A stretch of 59,761 nt of DNA, counting the filler, from Basidioascus undulatus (Eukaryota), in the NCBI GenBank assembly GCA_000826855.1. It is 4 parts of 4 records of this genome, joined end to end, with 100 filler letters (N's around TTAATTAATTAA, not from the genome) between each part and the next. Parts side by side here need not be neighbours in the genome. Positions count along the whole stretch, not along the records: positions 29,953 to 44,810 come from JTLS01000687.1; positions 44,911 to 59,761 come from JTLS01000688.1; 2 more parts are not named here. One strand, given 5' to 3'. Under the pieces are notes generated by a model. The model saw nothing but the letters and a program-made list of their open reading frames with translations. It was not told the origin of the DNA and did no database searches. The stretch's first letter is position 1; each line of letters begins with the position of its first letter. Made by a program: the position numbers and the translations under genes. Shown piece after piece: positions 37,709-51,179 of the stretch.

Positions 37709-40591
37709 TCATGTTCCACCGGTTCTGTCTTGCGACGCAGGGGCCAGTATGCAGGGCATAAAGCTTTCCAACGCTTGCATAACGTCGCCCGCCTGATCAA
37801 ATTCAGGGAAAAATTGGTCGAGGAAGTTGAGGTCAAGGTCTCCGGCGGGATCGACACCGAGAGCGTTGGAGATATCCGGCCTGTGAGGAGGAATTGAGTC
37901 GATGACACGTCGGTCTTGTCAGCACCGCAAGACGACACATACGTGTATGGCTCCAGCACAATCGACAGCTCCGGAATGTGCTTGACAAGCAGCGGTACCA
38001 GGTGGGACGCGCGAGAGAGTGTAAGATCGGCTATGTCCCAGCCGTAGTCTCTCCTGGCGTTCGAGAGCACGGTGATGAAACGGCGGAGAGCGTAAAGCGT
38101 GCGCTGACAGATAGCCGAGTCGCTCTCGTCGGAGCGATCGGACTGCAGCGTGAGGCGGATGAGGAGGACAAGGGTTGTGGAAAGGTGGAAGGACGAGTCT
38201 GTCGTAATCGCAGAACGCGGGCGTGCAATGTTCAGCATCACCCGAACGAGCGAAGCGAAGAAAGGAGACGCACAGTTTGCGATGTAACCCGCATAATCGT
38301 CGGCCGTCAAGGAGCAGACGAGTTCCACAACCTCCTCCGCGACCTGCAGCGCTGCGCGCTGAGCATTCGCCATCATCTCAGGCGACGCCTTGGCGTCCGG
38401 AGTCACAGCGTTCAACGCGGTCCTAGAAAGGAGCAGGGCGACGGCATGGTACGAGAGTTGAAGAGAGCCTGTGCAGAGGATGCAGCATCAAAGGGTCAGC
38501 GATTGGAGCACGCGGCGAGGAGGAAATGAGCGGGGTTTGCCAGCCACGCAGCACTTACGAAGACCGGGCGGCACCCGAATTTCAAGCGCTGCTTCCGCAA
38601 CGAGAATCTCCAGCTGACCGCGCCATCGGTCGAGCTCCTGACCGAACTTGGATACGATCCGGAGCGACACGCTCCTGCCTCTGAGCTCCGAGCGGACCGC
38701 GAAGAGCTTGCGGAGAATGCGATCGATGATGAGGGTGAGCTCGCAGAGCGCGACGAAGGACTTGTGCGAAGCGCTGTCCGTCAATGAGCACCGAGGCAGC
38801 GGCACGTCCCAGTCTTCGAACGCTATGCAACTCGACCGGCCGTGGCAGAGCGCCGACCTGCGCACCGATCAGGTAGATTAGCGTCAGATCCCCAAGAACA
38901 GCCGCCTACAGCCATCTGAAGTTCGAAACTCACCATTTGTCATGTTGAAGCAGGGCCCACCATAATCTGATCCGCAGATCGCGCTCCCAAGTCGGTATGG
39001 CCCAACGCGAGCAGTCGAGATGGAGGCCGAGCAATCGGGCAGCGGCGACGGTCTGCGAGAAACATTAGCGAAATAGTCCACCGGAAGGAAAAGCGACCGG
39101 CGCACCTGGCCCAACACAATGAAGTTCTCCCTCGGATTGATGCTCGGACGGCCGCCCATGTTCAGCAGGTTGGCCTGGATAGTCGATAGGCGCGCGCGCG
39201 CCGGCTGCATGCGGAGGAAACCCAGAGTGATCGTCCACACACGGTTGATGAGGTGCCGGAGCGGCGGGTCATACAGCAGCCCTTGGGTGATGTAGCAGCA
39301 CTGAACGCCGGGCGGGATGACGGATTCGGCCTGGATGTGCTTCGCGGACCAGATCGGCAGAGCTTGTCCGTCGTTATTGAAGTAGCTGAGTTGCCCCCCT
39401 CCGCGCCCGTCATCAGCTGCGTCTGTTGCTTGTCGGAGGAAAGGTACACGATAACCAGACGTACTTCTGCATGAGTCGAGGCACGGCGTCCGCACCCACG
39501 ACCTGTGCGATCGCCGCGAGCGCGTCGACCCCGCTGGGCTGGCTCTCCTCGTACGGCCTAGTACGGTTGAAGATGAAGAAGACGGGCGTGGAAGGGTCGT
39601 CGGAGACCTGCCGAACTTTGAAAGCCGATGCGCCGCTCTCGTTCCCGGCCGGGGCGGAAGGGGCGGCGCTCGAGGCGTTCTCGTCTGTCGCCACGGATGC
39701 GATCGCGCTGAGGACGAGCGCGTCGCGCTCCGAGGTCGCGCCGACGAAGTGCGGCTCGAGTTCTTCGTCCGCCTCGGAGTCGAGCGCACGACATTCGGTG
39801 GGTGTCTGATGGAGCAGAAGAAGCAAGAAGGTCAAGAGAGTCGATAGCGTGGGATTACAGAGATGTGCTTGCATTCGAGGGCATGGAATGCGAAGGAGTC
39901 GGGTCCGGACAGCGCTCGATACCGGAGAAAAGGCTGGACAGGCTCGAAGCGGCTAGACGCGTCGGAGGAGGCACGGGTGGAAGCGCGTGCGAAGCGAGGT
40001 CGGGAAGGATTTGAGAGGTAGATGGAGCGGGAATGGCGAGAGAGGTAGACAGCGCAGGAATGGCAAGTGATGCGCTCGAAAATGTGGTGGCAGACTCCGG
40101 TGCTGATTCGGAAAAAGACGACCGAGGTCAGCATGGAGGGGAGGCCTGCTACGCATATCAGGCACGGACATCCGCTCTCAGCTGGATCTGAAGGAATAAA
40201 GCATTAGAGGCCAACAAGCAAAAGAGTACAAGCATGGCTCACCATCTCTCCCCCCATCTGCATCTCTCCCGCCAGCGCGCGGCGCGTCAGCGGCCTTGAC
40301 GGTCCGGGGCCGCTTTCCGACCGGCGCGTCGAAGGTGCACCGCTTGCCCGCCAGATCGCAGTTGATGCAGGCCCTGTTCGCGGACGGGATAACGCAGCGC
40401 TGCTTGCGCGTTCGGCAGCGGTCGCATGGGCGTTCCTTGCGCGAGCGGTAACCCCGGTGCGACTGGATGTTCCCCAGGACGCCGGGCCTGCGCGATCGAG
40501 CATGAGTTTTGCGCCGGCTGAAATGCATGAAGTGCACGTTGGCTTACGAGGTTCGTTGGGAGGAAGTGCTATCAGAGCTCGAAGGTGGCAT
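37709..40591 (-). CDS. Zn(II)2Cys6 transcription factor with fungal-specific TF domain (Dal81/TamA-like)
   Basis: YRSRKERPCDRCRTRKQRCVIPSANRACINCDLAGKRCTF; ARLSTIQA.LL..GGRP; ARLLGLHLD...W.IP.WERDLRIRLWW; GWDIAD. Confidence 0.9.
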
Positions 40592-41724
40592 GGCGATGGG
40601 TAAGCAGAGGACGGCGAGAGGAGGACATGGGCGCAAGAAGCAATAAGAGGCAAATGAAAGTCAAAAGATGGAAGACAGCCCAGTTTGTCGCTCGCACCGC
40701 CAGCCGCCAGCCCGGGTCATTTTCAGCCTGCAGTGTCGTTTTCAACACTTTGTTTTGATATTTCCTCCTATCAGAGAAGAAAAAGGTATCTATTCTTCCT
40801 TCGGTCGCGAAGACGCCAAGTGGAAGTACACAAGACGGCGTCCCTGTTTCGTGCACCCCGAAGTTGGCAGCCGTAGCCTCTGTAACAGAAGCGACGAGGA
40901 AGTCTGGGAAAATAGCAGACAGGGATATTTCTAAGGAGCATTTAGGCAAAACAACATCAGCATGCCCAAAATATGGCGAAGATAAACTAGCAGCGGTTGA
41001 CAGACAGCATGATGCGACGGACCAGCGGCTGTACAACATCTGCTCCTACTCGTCTCACCTCGTATCCCGTACATGTACGCTGGAACTGTTATGGAAACCT
41101 CTTTTCATAGCCAATGATCAGTTCTCCTAGATGATATTGCGGCCATCCGGCGGAGGGAGGCGAGGGGACGACGTGAAGGCAGGAAGCAAGAAGGCGTCTG
41201 TGCAAGCCCAGCTGCTACCACAACCCCATTCTTGATCTCCAAATTTCATATTCTGCTTTAGGCTAATAAGGGATCAGCCTCTTACCCATTCGCAGTCACT
41301 CTCATTGGTGGCGGGTCTTGTGCAGCAAGAGCTTGATACCCGCCTGATTTCGAAGGCTCCATGACAAAGTCCGGAAACTATCACCTCGCGAAAAGCATGG
41401 AACTCCTTTCGGGAAGTAATAAATAGAAACACACCCCCATGGACAATGAGGACGTACGGGCAGCGGTTGATGCGACAAGGCAGCCGGACACCATCTCATC
41501 TCACTTAGGTCAGTAAGTACCCCGAGCCTGCCATGGTACTCATGCTGGCTCCAAATATTTGCCTCGAAGAAGTATTAACAAAGCTCAAAGAGACCGGTGA
41601 ACAGCATACCCACCAAGCAGCGAAGACGGACCGCCTCGCCGCACAGGCAGTGCGACACGAAAATACAACATCTCGTTTCATCTCCTCGTACAAGCACAAC
41701 AAACCCCGCACCTCCCCTCTCCTC

Positions 41725-43328
41725 TCACATTCTCAACCGATCAGCAGGCATCTTCCTCCCCTTCCTCGGGCCGACCGCGATCTGACTCCCTCCTCCCGCC
41801 CCGCCCCAATCGAACTTCGGCGCCGGCCTCGGCTTCAGCATCCCAGAAGAGATGGTCGTGCCCAGCGCGGCGCGTTTGGGGGGAGGAGCGCGCGAGATGA
41901 AGGAGGGGATGATGTGTCTGTCGTCCGGGTCGGAGTCGTCGTCGTCTGGCGGGAGGACTTCGAGCGAGTCGTCGAAGGAGGGGGAGGGGGTGGGGAGCGC
42001 GCGGCGCTTGCGCTTGGTTATGGTTGAGGTGGTGGAGCGAGGGGGGTAGGGTTGGATGGCGCGGCGCGCGGGCGAAGGCGAGAAGGAGGGGGCGTCGCCG
42101 TCGAACACCATCGAGTCATCGTTCAAGTCGAAGTCGGAGGAGAAGAACGTCGCGTCCCCCGCCCCGCCGCCCCCCCTGGAGATGGACGCGCGGCTGTCGC
42201 GCAGACGGCGGACCTCGTCTTCGAGCTCGTTCACGCGCTGCTCGGACGCTTCGGCGTCGGCTTTCTTTTCGCCGTACTGCGCAGTGGGGCGGGACCGTCA
42301 GCGTCGGTAGTGTGAGAGCGGAGAAGACGCAGAAACGAAGGGCGCCAAAGACAGAGAGAACTGGCATACCTTCTGCTTCCAGGTCAGAATGCGCCCCCTG
42401 GACGTCTCCGCGTCCTCCGCAGCCTTGTCAAGCTTTTCCTTCAGCTTCCCCACCTCCCGCTCGAGCTCGTTGATCTTCCTGCCATCCCATCCAGCACCCA
42501 CCCATGCGCGCATTAGCACTTTCCCTCTCACCCACACCCCTTCGCGCTTCCGTAACTCACCCTTCCTTCATGCTAATTATCTTCGCCTTGGTCGTCCGCT
42601 CGCGGTCCACATCCGCCTGCAGCGTGCTGCACTGCTGCTTGTACTCGGCCGCCTTCATATCCGCGCGCGCAAGCGCGGCCAAGTGCGAGGTGTCCTTCTC
42701 CGCGATCTTTCTGGCGTGCTCCGACCGCAGGTCGGCCGTCTCCTTCTGGGCGGCGCCGAGCGCGGACTCTAGCCTGTCGAGGGCCTCGCGCTGGTCGATG
42801 CGCTTGGCGAGTTTTCCGAGCTCGTTCGAGAGCTTCTCGAGGAGCTAAACCAAGTATCCCCATACGATACCACTCCCGCCCGTCAGTGACCCATGCGCCG
42901 AAGAAGGAAGACGAGTGTGACGCACCGAGACGACCTCCGGCTGCTCCGGATCTGCCCTCCCCAGAGCCTGCACCGTCCACGTCCGCTCGCACACCGCGAG
43001 CCCCGCGCGGCTCTTCCCATTCACCCCTTTCAAGCCCTTGATCGCGCTCTCAAGCGCCTGCGCCCCGCCGTCGGGCGCAGCGTCGTACGCGGAGAGATGG
43101 AGGCGGTACGGTCGGTGCGCGCCCATGTCCGAGCGACATAGCGGACAGGGTGGATTGTCGGATCTGGAAATCCATGGGTTAAGACAGCATTCGTGGAAGA
43201 GGTGGCCTAAGGATGGGGACGCATCAGCTTGCGGTGAGGGGTCGAAGAGAGATATCAAGGGGCGCACCGCAATGGGTCGCGACGGCGGTGGACGTGCTGA
43301 GCGGGTCGTTGCAGATGGGACATTCCAT
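41725..43328 (-). CDS. N-terminal RING finger plus coiled-coil E3 ubiquitin ligase (TRAIP-like architecture)
   Basis: CPIC...THC|GHLFHECCLNPW...CPLCR (RING-H2), heptad-rich exons, acidic/disordered C-terminus. Confidence 0.85.
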
Positions 43329-43733
43329 GGCTCAGGAAGCTACCGCGGGTGCATCGATAGGTAATTTGGGCCGTCGGTGATGGTCAGGACGACGGCGGTA
43401 ACGGCGAGAGAGATAATGTCGATGGCCAAGACGCGACTCAGGGAACATGGACAGGGAACATGGACAGGCGCGCCGCGCACTTAAACGCAATCAAGCCTGA
43501 CCCAGCCTCAAAGCAAGATCGCACGGAGTCGCTTTCAAACTGATAAATTCCGTAGTTCTCTCCCGACTCTCCCGAGAAAGTGTAAGTGAAATGCGTGGGA
43601 AGGCCGGGAGGTGTTCTGCTTTCCGAGAACTAGTGAGTGTACGTAGTCTGTACAAAAGACGTACACAGCGTCTTTGTTCCCTTGCCGTCCTAGGCCGCGT
43701 ACAGGGCCGTTGTTTTGAAGAGATTGAGTTTAT

Positions 43734-44810
43734 TCAAAGCAGGAAGAGACAAAGATTACCTTGGGAGTGATGTGTCAGACGCGAAGGAGCAGCGCGACCG
43801 CAACAGACACTGCTTTCAGCGCAAACATCTATTCCATAAAGGTTCAGTCTGTATGGCATCGGCACAATCGGACATTCAGAGTCCTCAGCTCTTCTCCTTC
43901 TCAGCCGCCACATCCCCTCCCTCCCCCAGCGCAGCGAGCAGCGCAAAACGCCCCGCCAACCCCGGCGCACTTCCTCACGGACCTCACGCGGCGGGTCGTC
44001 ATCTGTTCCGCCCTCCCATTTCAGCGTTGTCCCCGGGCGTAACCGCTTCATCTTCAAATAATCTACCCCCCCGCCCGGCTGATGTCCGCGAGTGGAAATA
44101 ACCGGATGGGCGTGGGCGGGAAGTGCATTTGGAGGTAGAATACCTTCCAGGACAGGAAGCGGAGGACGCGGGATATCCAGAGGCGGAGAGTTGGGGGCCC
44201 GGACGGGGAGCGGGCGGGGTAGAGGGTGAGGGTATCTGTTGATGGGGCGGAAAGGATGGATGTTGGGAGGAAGGCCGAACAGGAAAGAGAGAAGGTCGCG
44301 GCGCACCTGACCGCACGATCCGTCCCAGTACTGGAGAGCGTGCAGCGCCGGGATGCACAATAAAAGCGCGAACGGCCCGAGCTCCCTCCATCTCTTCCTG
44401 ATAATCTGCGCACAGCCTCAGTTCAGCAACAGGCCCCCCTTTCCTCCGCAGCACAGTAACTTACCGGCACCGCCTCCCTAAGGTCTCCCAACATTCAAAG
44501 TTCATCACAATAGAAAGCACCAGAAGATCGATCGGCGGCCCGCCTGACAGGGCGAACCACCAGTCGGCGGACCACCGCGCGTAGGACTCGCGCTGGGCAG
44601 ACTCGGTCTCGTATGTGTAGGAGAGCGTGCCGTCTGCGGTGCCATAACAGCTGAGGGTGGGGTGCGCGGGGAGGGGGCGCGTGTAGGCGGATGGGAGGGA
44701 AGGAGGAATGTGGACCTTTTGGGGATGGGGGAGAGTAGGTCATTTGGGATTAGGGGAGGGTGAGGAGGCCCAGGAGGGGGGAGGAGGGAGGGAGGGAAAG
44801 GGGAGGGGGG
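43734..44810 (-). CDS. Hypothetical protein, 5' cut by contig edge; boundaries uncertain
   Basis: Exon-like segments bounded by GT/AG (LSCYGTADGTLSY..RWSADW; ETLGRRC; ELRLCADYQEEME; CIPALHALQYWDGSCGQ); family not recognised. Confidence 0.4.
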
Positions 44811-44910
44811 NNNNNNNNNNNNNNNNNNNNNNNNNNNNNNNNNNNNNNNNNNNNTTAATTAATTAANNNNNNNNNNNNNNNNNNNNNNNNNNNNNNNNNN
44901 NNNNNNNNNN
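44811..44910. other. Artificial contig spacer
   Basis: 44 N + TTAATTAATTAA + 44 N. Confidence 0.98.
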
Positions 44911-45237
44911 CTTTCCCGGATGCATTCGTTTCATCCAAACAACAGGCCGGCAGTCTTCTCCTCCCCTATCGCCCTCTTCCCAGAGTCCAGTACGCCCGCA
45001 ACGACCGCCAAGCGCGAGGCGCTGCGCGCGCGGGTGGAGCAGGCGATGGAGAAGGGGGAGATGAGCGCGCGCCCGGAGGAGGACGCGCATGCTTCGTCGG
45101 GGGGCAGCGGGCTGGAGGGGAGCGGGACCAGTGGGGCGAGCGGGACCAGTGGGGCGAGCGGGACCAGCGGGACGGAGGAGGAGGAGGGTGGGGAGGGCTT
45201 GGAGGAGGACGACTTCTTTGGGGAGGACGAGGATTAG
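44911..45237 (+). CDS. 3' end of a hypothetical protein with acidic EDDFF tail
   Basis: Open frame near the contig start with strong GC3 bias, ending ...EEDDFFGEDED*. Confidence 0.55.
   Translation, partial: LSRMHSFHPNNRPAVFSSPIALFPESSTPATTAKREALRARVEQAMEKGEMSARPEEDAHASSGGSGLEGSGTSGASGTSGASGTSGTEEEEGGEGLEEDDFFGEDED
45121..45171 (+). repeat. Coding 18-nt tandem repeat (SGTSGA)n
   Basis: AGCGGGACCAGTGGGGCG x2 plus partial AGCGGGACCAGCGGG. Confidence 0.85.
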
Positions 45238-47238
45238 GGTGTGGGAGCAGGGCGGGAGACGGGAGGGAGGGAGGGTATACCCTTCGGTGCGTCTTGTGCG
45301 TTCTAGAGACGAGAGGTTGCGGTGGCAGCGCTGCTATACTTGCGGGTATGCTCATAAACCCGGGATGGCTTGAAGCGCACTCTCCTTCTTCTTGGTCCTT
45401 CCGCATTCGCCTTCCTCACTTTCGTCCAACGTCTTCGCTCACTGCTGCCATCAGTCGTTTTTGGCTCACTCACTCTTCGATCAACACACTCGTTGCGCTT
45501 GTCCGACCCACCAGCTAACTCTCATGCGCGATATTGCTTTGTTTCAATTTGCTCATAGAAACCCGATGGCCGGCGCTGCACTGAGATGAGCAGCTGGCAA
45601 TGCTTTTCGCGTCGCTGTAACGCTTCGAGGTTGTCTTCTGGCTCAAGCTTGACTCAAGACCACCCGAATCAACCTGACTGAAGTAATCTTCGACCGCTTT
45701 GCGAACTCTCTAATCACCCTCAGGTCCCGCTTTTTTCGTTCAGCTCAACGACTGTTCCTTCCTGTACCCGTTCACTCAACTGGCCTATCACGGTTCGAAT
45801 GGCCTTTCCGTAACCTCTACATGGTCGACTACCCATCACGCACGCACAACCAACCAAAGCTCGCTTTCCGCAGAGTTTTCCAACGCCGCGTCCAGTGAGC
45901 TCTGGGCTCTCGACTCGCCCCGCTGTCGGAGATGACGGGAGACGGGACGAACATGCCCGCTTGTTTCTGTCCGGTATCTCGTTGTAATCATCGGGTTTCA
46001 TTGTACTCCTGTGCAGCTGCTATATTGATCGCGCAGTAGCGTCGGATGCACTGTCCTCTTTCAGGCTTGTCATCTTACACTGAACAGCGACGCAGTGCCG
46101 CGGGGATTCCAACGAAACTTGGAGAAGCAGTTTGGCTCCATAGAATGCTTCTTCCCTAAATGCAATCTGCTGTTCCGCATGCACGACTTTGACTGTCCGT
46201 GAGAAATCAGCGTTGCAAACAGAAGCGTGTCTTCGTGCGCCGTGTGCATGCTCTGGTAACGAGATCCGAACGATTCCTCGCATTAGTACAGTTTGGCAAT
46301 CATCTCCACCAACCTCCTTCACGAGCAGGAAGACAAGTCAAGCACGTCAACTTGTTCGAAAAGCGTCTGGTTTCTTCGCGTAATCTTGAATGACAGAATA
46401 GCCGCATGTCCAGATATAACTTAGTCGAGGCCGTTGGTTGATGTGAACGGGGGCAGGTGCAGGTTTCCACAGGGGAATACTAGCCCCATTGGGATGGATG
46501 GACATTTGGGAACTTTTTTCATATCTAAAAGTAGAAGAGGGAGTCTGCCTATCTTTGTGATGGCCTGGATCGGTGGGTGTCAAGAATGCCATAGCCACGG
46601 CCGGGGGTCTGCTGCTACCACTCTCCGTAGCCAGGCCATTCGTGCTAATGTTGCTCCTTTATCCCAAAAAGTGTTCATGCAAATCCAATATTTAGATAGA
46701 GAAGAAGAAGAACCGACATCTGGTGTCGGTTATATGCTGAGGCGCGGCAAGACGATTTTTCACCGCAATGAACAGGAAGTCCTTCAGGCCGTTGCTCACT
46801 ATCCCCTAACGTCGTATAGGGGGATAGTCCCTCGTCATCCCTCTCATTGGAGTAGCTTTGAGCGCGGTAGGTATCTCAATCTCTGTGCCATGAACGTCGT
46901 TTCTACCCAGCGATTTGAAGCGCAGGACGCAGCGTTCAGGGTCAGGAGCGAAGCGGAAGTTACTTCGTTGAGTGGTCTGCGAGTGGCGTGTGGTTGTTGT
47001 GGTAGTTGATGATGGCACGAAGGCAAGAAGGGCTGCTCCGGGAGATTTGCCAGCGCAGCTGCGACAGCCCTGAAAATCCACAGCAACACGTGCCGCCATT
47101 CAAAACTGAACTGTCAATAATTGAAGTCGGAGATCTCATTTAGCATTACTTCCATTTTCCATTTCCAAGAGGTCTGCATCGTAAACGTCTGCATCAGACA
47201 AGCTGCTCGCTTCGATCCTTTCGCACCTGGAAGCCCGC

Positions 47239-48873
47239 TTGATTCTGCGCTGCACGGCGACCTGCCGTCGTCTCCATGCCCTCAGCCAAGAGCCCAGCGT
47301 ACAGCTCGCTATCACCCTCTTGCTTGCTTCCCTGCTTCCGGGGATCCCATCCAGCTTGATGCCTCGAGCAGCAGCTTACCCTCGTCGTCACCAGGCGCTT
47401 TCCGCATCGGACCGACCTCTTCGACTATTCGACGCGCGGGGCGGAAGTCCAACATTTCGCTTTGAGCAGTTCGAACATCGTCATCATCGAGGATGGCTAT
47501 CTGGTGATGTACGAACCTTCCAAGAAGCAGCAGCCTCCGTTCTCGTCGACGAGCTGGAAGCTTGAACCCAGCGACCGGGAAATCGCCTTCAACCCCATCG
47601 ATACTCAGGCCTTCAACCCTCGCGCTCTACTTGTGGATGAGTTAAAAGATCTGGTTCTGTTTGCTGAGGGTCTTCCAGGCCTCGGACTGAGCGACTCCCC
47701 TAGCTCGGAGGAGGACGAGATTGAACTACGCTCGCGTATCTTTTTGCTCTCCTCCGGCGTGCCACACCCGCTGGCGCAGACCCCTACCGGCCTACATCGG
47801 CTCATCGATAACATCATTGATGCCCGGCATCCCAGCGAGTTCCACTACGAGAGGCGGCTGCAAGTCGTCGAAAACTGCATCGGAATCTTGAACGCTGAGT
47901 GCTTCGTTCTTCGCCGTTGGGCAACTATGGAGCAGGTTCTGATGCGTTGCGGTGTCGTACGAGGCCTCATTTTGTGCTGAGCTGACGATGTTGTATTGCT
48001 CGGTAGGTTGTCAAGCCGCTCACCGATTTTTCATGCTCTCGTCTTTTCGCTATTCACGTCGTTTGTTTTCATCGCTCCCGACGCCGTGCTCTTGACGGAG
48101 CTGTCGCTCAATCTCCAAGGGAGGACACCGTCTCTTGTTCTCGTCTCCTTTTCGAAGGGAGAGCAGACGCTCCTTGGATAACACGATTGGATCTGCCGGC
48201 CGTCCCTTTTTGGAGCACGCATGCAATAACATTCATGTAGCCTGCGGGACCGTTCCTTCTCTCAGGGCATGCAGTGATCCCGAAAGAGGCATCGTCTCTC
48301 TTACGTTGGCCTTTGAGCGTGACGACAGCCTTGACATTTCCAACGCAGTCACTCACTGCCGTTATCCCGCTATCGCTCCTTCTTCCTCAGCGAGGCCACG
48401 CGGGTAGCGTTCCCTGGGACGAGTGGGCAGGTGATCAGACGCGGTGGTCCAGCGGGGTGGTAGGGGCCGGGGGTTGGCAAGCTCTTGCAAGAGCGGGTAT
48501 TCCGGGCGGAGGGAGCATGGGCGGAGCGAGAGATGGTGATTCTCGGCGCAGCTCCGCGTGGCTGGCTCGCACACCACTCCGCCGGCATGGCACTCGCATT
48601 GTCCTTCTCGAACAGACTGTCTCTCCACCTAGCCGGACATCTTCGACAGCCCCTACCTCGCCTCTCCTATCAAGTCAGCCTTGCTTACTCCGAGGCGCTC
48701 GGACTGGCGTCGGGAGTCCTACTTCTGGGGATGGAGTGGAACCGGCTGACTGTACAGGTGCGCTACTCATGCCTCATTCGAAACTTCCCTCTTGGCTGAC
48801 AGCGTCTGCTTCGACCGCTCAACTGCAGGAGGAGGCAAACGGTGACAGCTGGATTACGTTGCTTGAGACGTGA
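47239..48873 (+). pseudogene. Basidiomycete-type F-box protein, apparently frameshifted
   Basis: ILRCTATCRRLHAL..SVQLAITL (F-box helix), LLSSGVPHPLA, VPWDEW....TRW; segments lie in different frames. Confidence 0.55.
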
Positions 48874-51179
48874 TACTGGAGGCTCGGGCGCTGGCTTGGT
48901 ATTTTCCCATCTTGGCTCTAAGTGAAGAAAAGCCTGAAGAATAAAGAAACGACCGGTGACTGCGATATGCATGAACTTTTTGGCTGCGGTATATTTGCAA
49001 ATCCTGGACTTTCGCGCTGTTCCACGTGCGGTGCGCCCTGCGAGGCTGTGGCTCACGAGCTGGATTTTAACCTCATTAAGGATGCATAGTGTCCACACAC
49101 ATAACGAAATGACGACGTTTGTCAAATGGAGGCAGAGTAAACACTGTCAGGCTTTTGATGCGCTCATCCGCGGCGAGTCTGCCGAGCGCACCGACTTTCC
49201 TTTTTACCTGCTATAGCCTTGCGGAGGACAACATGAGTCAAAGTCAAACAGCGTATGATGCATGTAGCAGATGTAGGGCACTTCTTCCTCATTTGTGGTG
49301 GGTCTCAAGGCCTACGCAACTGCAACTGCGCGATTTCCCAGCTTCAAATGTACAGCAGCTGTGGCAAATACCACAATAGCTGTGTGGAAAGCACATAAGG
49401 GGGCTGCCGAGCAGCCAGTAAATCATCTTGTATCCGTCAGGTCTGGCAACGTGTCTGGAGGCATCACGTACGAAAGCATCAGGTGCACCCGACTGTGCGC
49501 GTACATGCCGCATTACCATCCAAGCGGGGCAAAAGTACTCAAATGTTTTTGGTCATTCACACATGCATGCACTCGGCGTGATCACCGCTTGAATGGGGTT
49601 AGGGTTACAATACTTGCAGAAACAAAAGGGAAGAGACGGGCATCAGCCGACGCCCACAGCCCTCACGCACCATCATCCTGGCGCTCCAGAGGAGCATCCA
49701 GGCGGCAGCGCGCGCACGTCATCGGGGCAACCACCCAAGGGCAGCGCACAGAGTTCTCGGTGGAAAGGGAAGGGGTTGCGAATCTTCGTCGCCCGTATAA
49801 CGAGGTGGCAGATGTAAATCTGCGAGACTGGATACTTCCTATAGAATAAGATCCTATGGAGTACCGTCATGAGGAAAAGAAGAGGGCTGAGGGAAGCAGC
49901 TGCATTTATGCTCAGCAAGACAAGTTTGGTGCTGTACAGTTCTGGGAGGAGGTGCGAACGAACTCGATGAGGTCTTAAGTCCGAATGCCAGCATCGACGG
50001 TCGTGAGAACGTACTTCTTTGGATGGAAGGCTTTTGTGAAGACTGGACCACATAGATAAGTCAAGCACTCGATTGAATGTGCCGAAACGACAGAGGGCGG
50101 CGTAGCCGGAATAACACGCAGCCATTTCGATCTCACAGTGCTTCTTCGTCCGCACCCTCACCTCGTCCACGGCTCTCGCACTGCCTTAAAGCTATTCTGG
50201 GTCCTCGCTATGAAATGGGATTCGATATCGAACTGCAACAGCTTCGGTCGAGCGCGTGCTCGCGCACTGATCCTCGTCTTGTCCGCGTCTTCGAGTCGCT
50301 GCATTCGACCCTCGCAGCACTCCCTCGTCCCAATCATCCGTCCTCCGTTCGTGCTCACCCAGGCGACCTTGCGTAAATGTTTTTTTTTCGGTCCTCAACC
50401 CATCTCAGGATCGCCATCTTTCATATTTGAGCTGTCGGAGCATTTCGCTGCAGGTTCGTGTCCGCGGGCCGGTCGTCTTCTATATCCCACCTTCACCGAC
50501 AGGGGTCGGCCGCTTTTAGACCAAGATGCCTTTTAAATAACATTTCCTAGGGCACTTCGAATTCTGTCATACTAGAATGAATCAACTCGCTCTTCTTCCG
50601 TATCTCATTCCCGGTCTAGTCGCACCCTTCAGTCGTGTTCTCTTGAGTCCAACTCTTGCGTGAGTTACCCTGCCTCCCTTCACACACGATATAGATTTCA
50701 AATGTTCTGCCCACGGATCAGGAGATCACCATTACTGTCCTTGAATTTTTTCAGCCCGTGCAAACGCACCTGCTTCTCGCTGCTCGTGCTAACTCGCCCC
50801 GCTCACTAACGCCAACCTATCTGCCGTCACTGAATCGACTCTTCCAAGCGGGCCGTCTGTATATGGGTGACCAAGAGTGTCCGATCGAGTTGTCGTCTGC
50901 CTGCTGACCGACACAGCCCGAGAGTAAGGACGGCAAAGGTCCTGGCTAACTTCTGCGTCGTATCATGGGTACATTGGTCTCATCTCGAATACCCAACTGT
51001 GGCATTCCTGTCAATACTGCTTCAATCACCCGAGAACGATGTGCAAGCGCTGGTCCTGCATCCTTGCAGTTACCTCGTTGCTATGCCACACCGAGCCCGC
51101 AACAGCCATTCTATTGTTCAGCTCCCATCAACCCGTTTATCACCATAACAGTACGTACTCCATCTCCCCTCCAGACTAT

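Noticed and set aside
20849..40591. Nitrogen-catabolism cluster linking the NCS1 permease and the Dal81-like TF
   Set aside because: They lie on different contigs joined artificially
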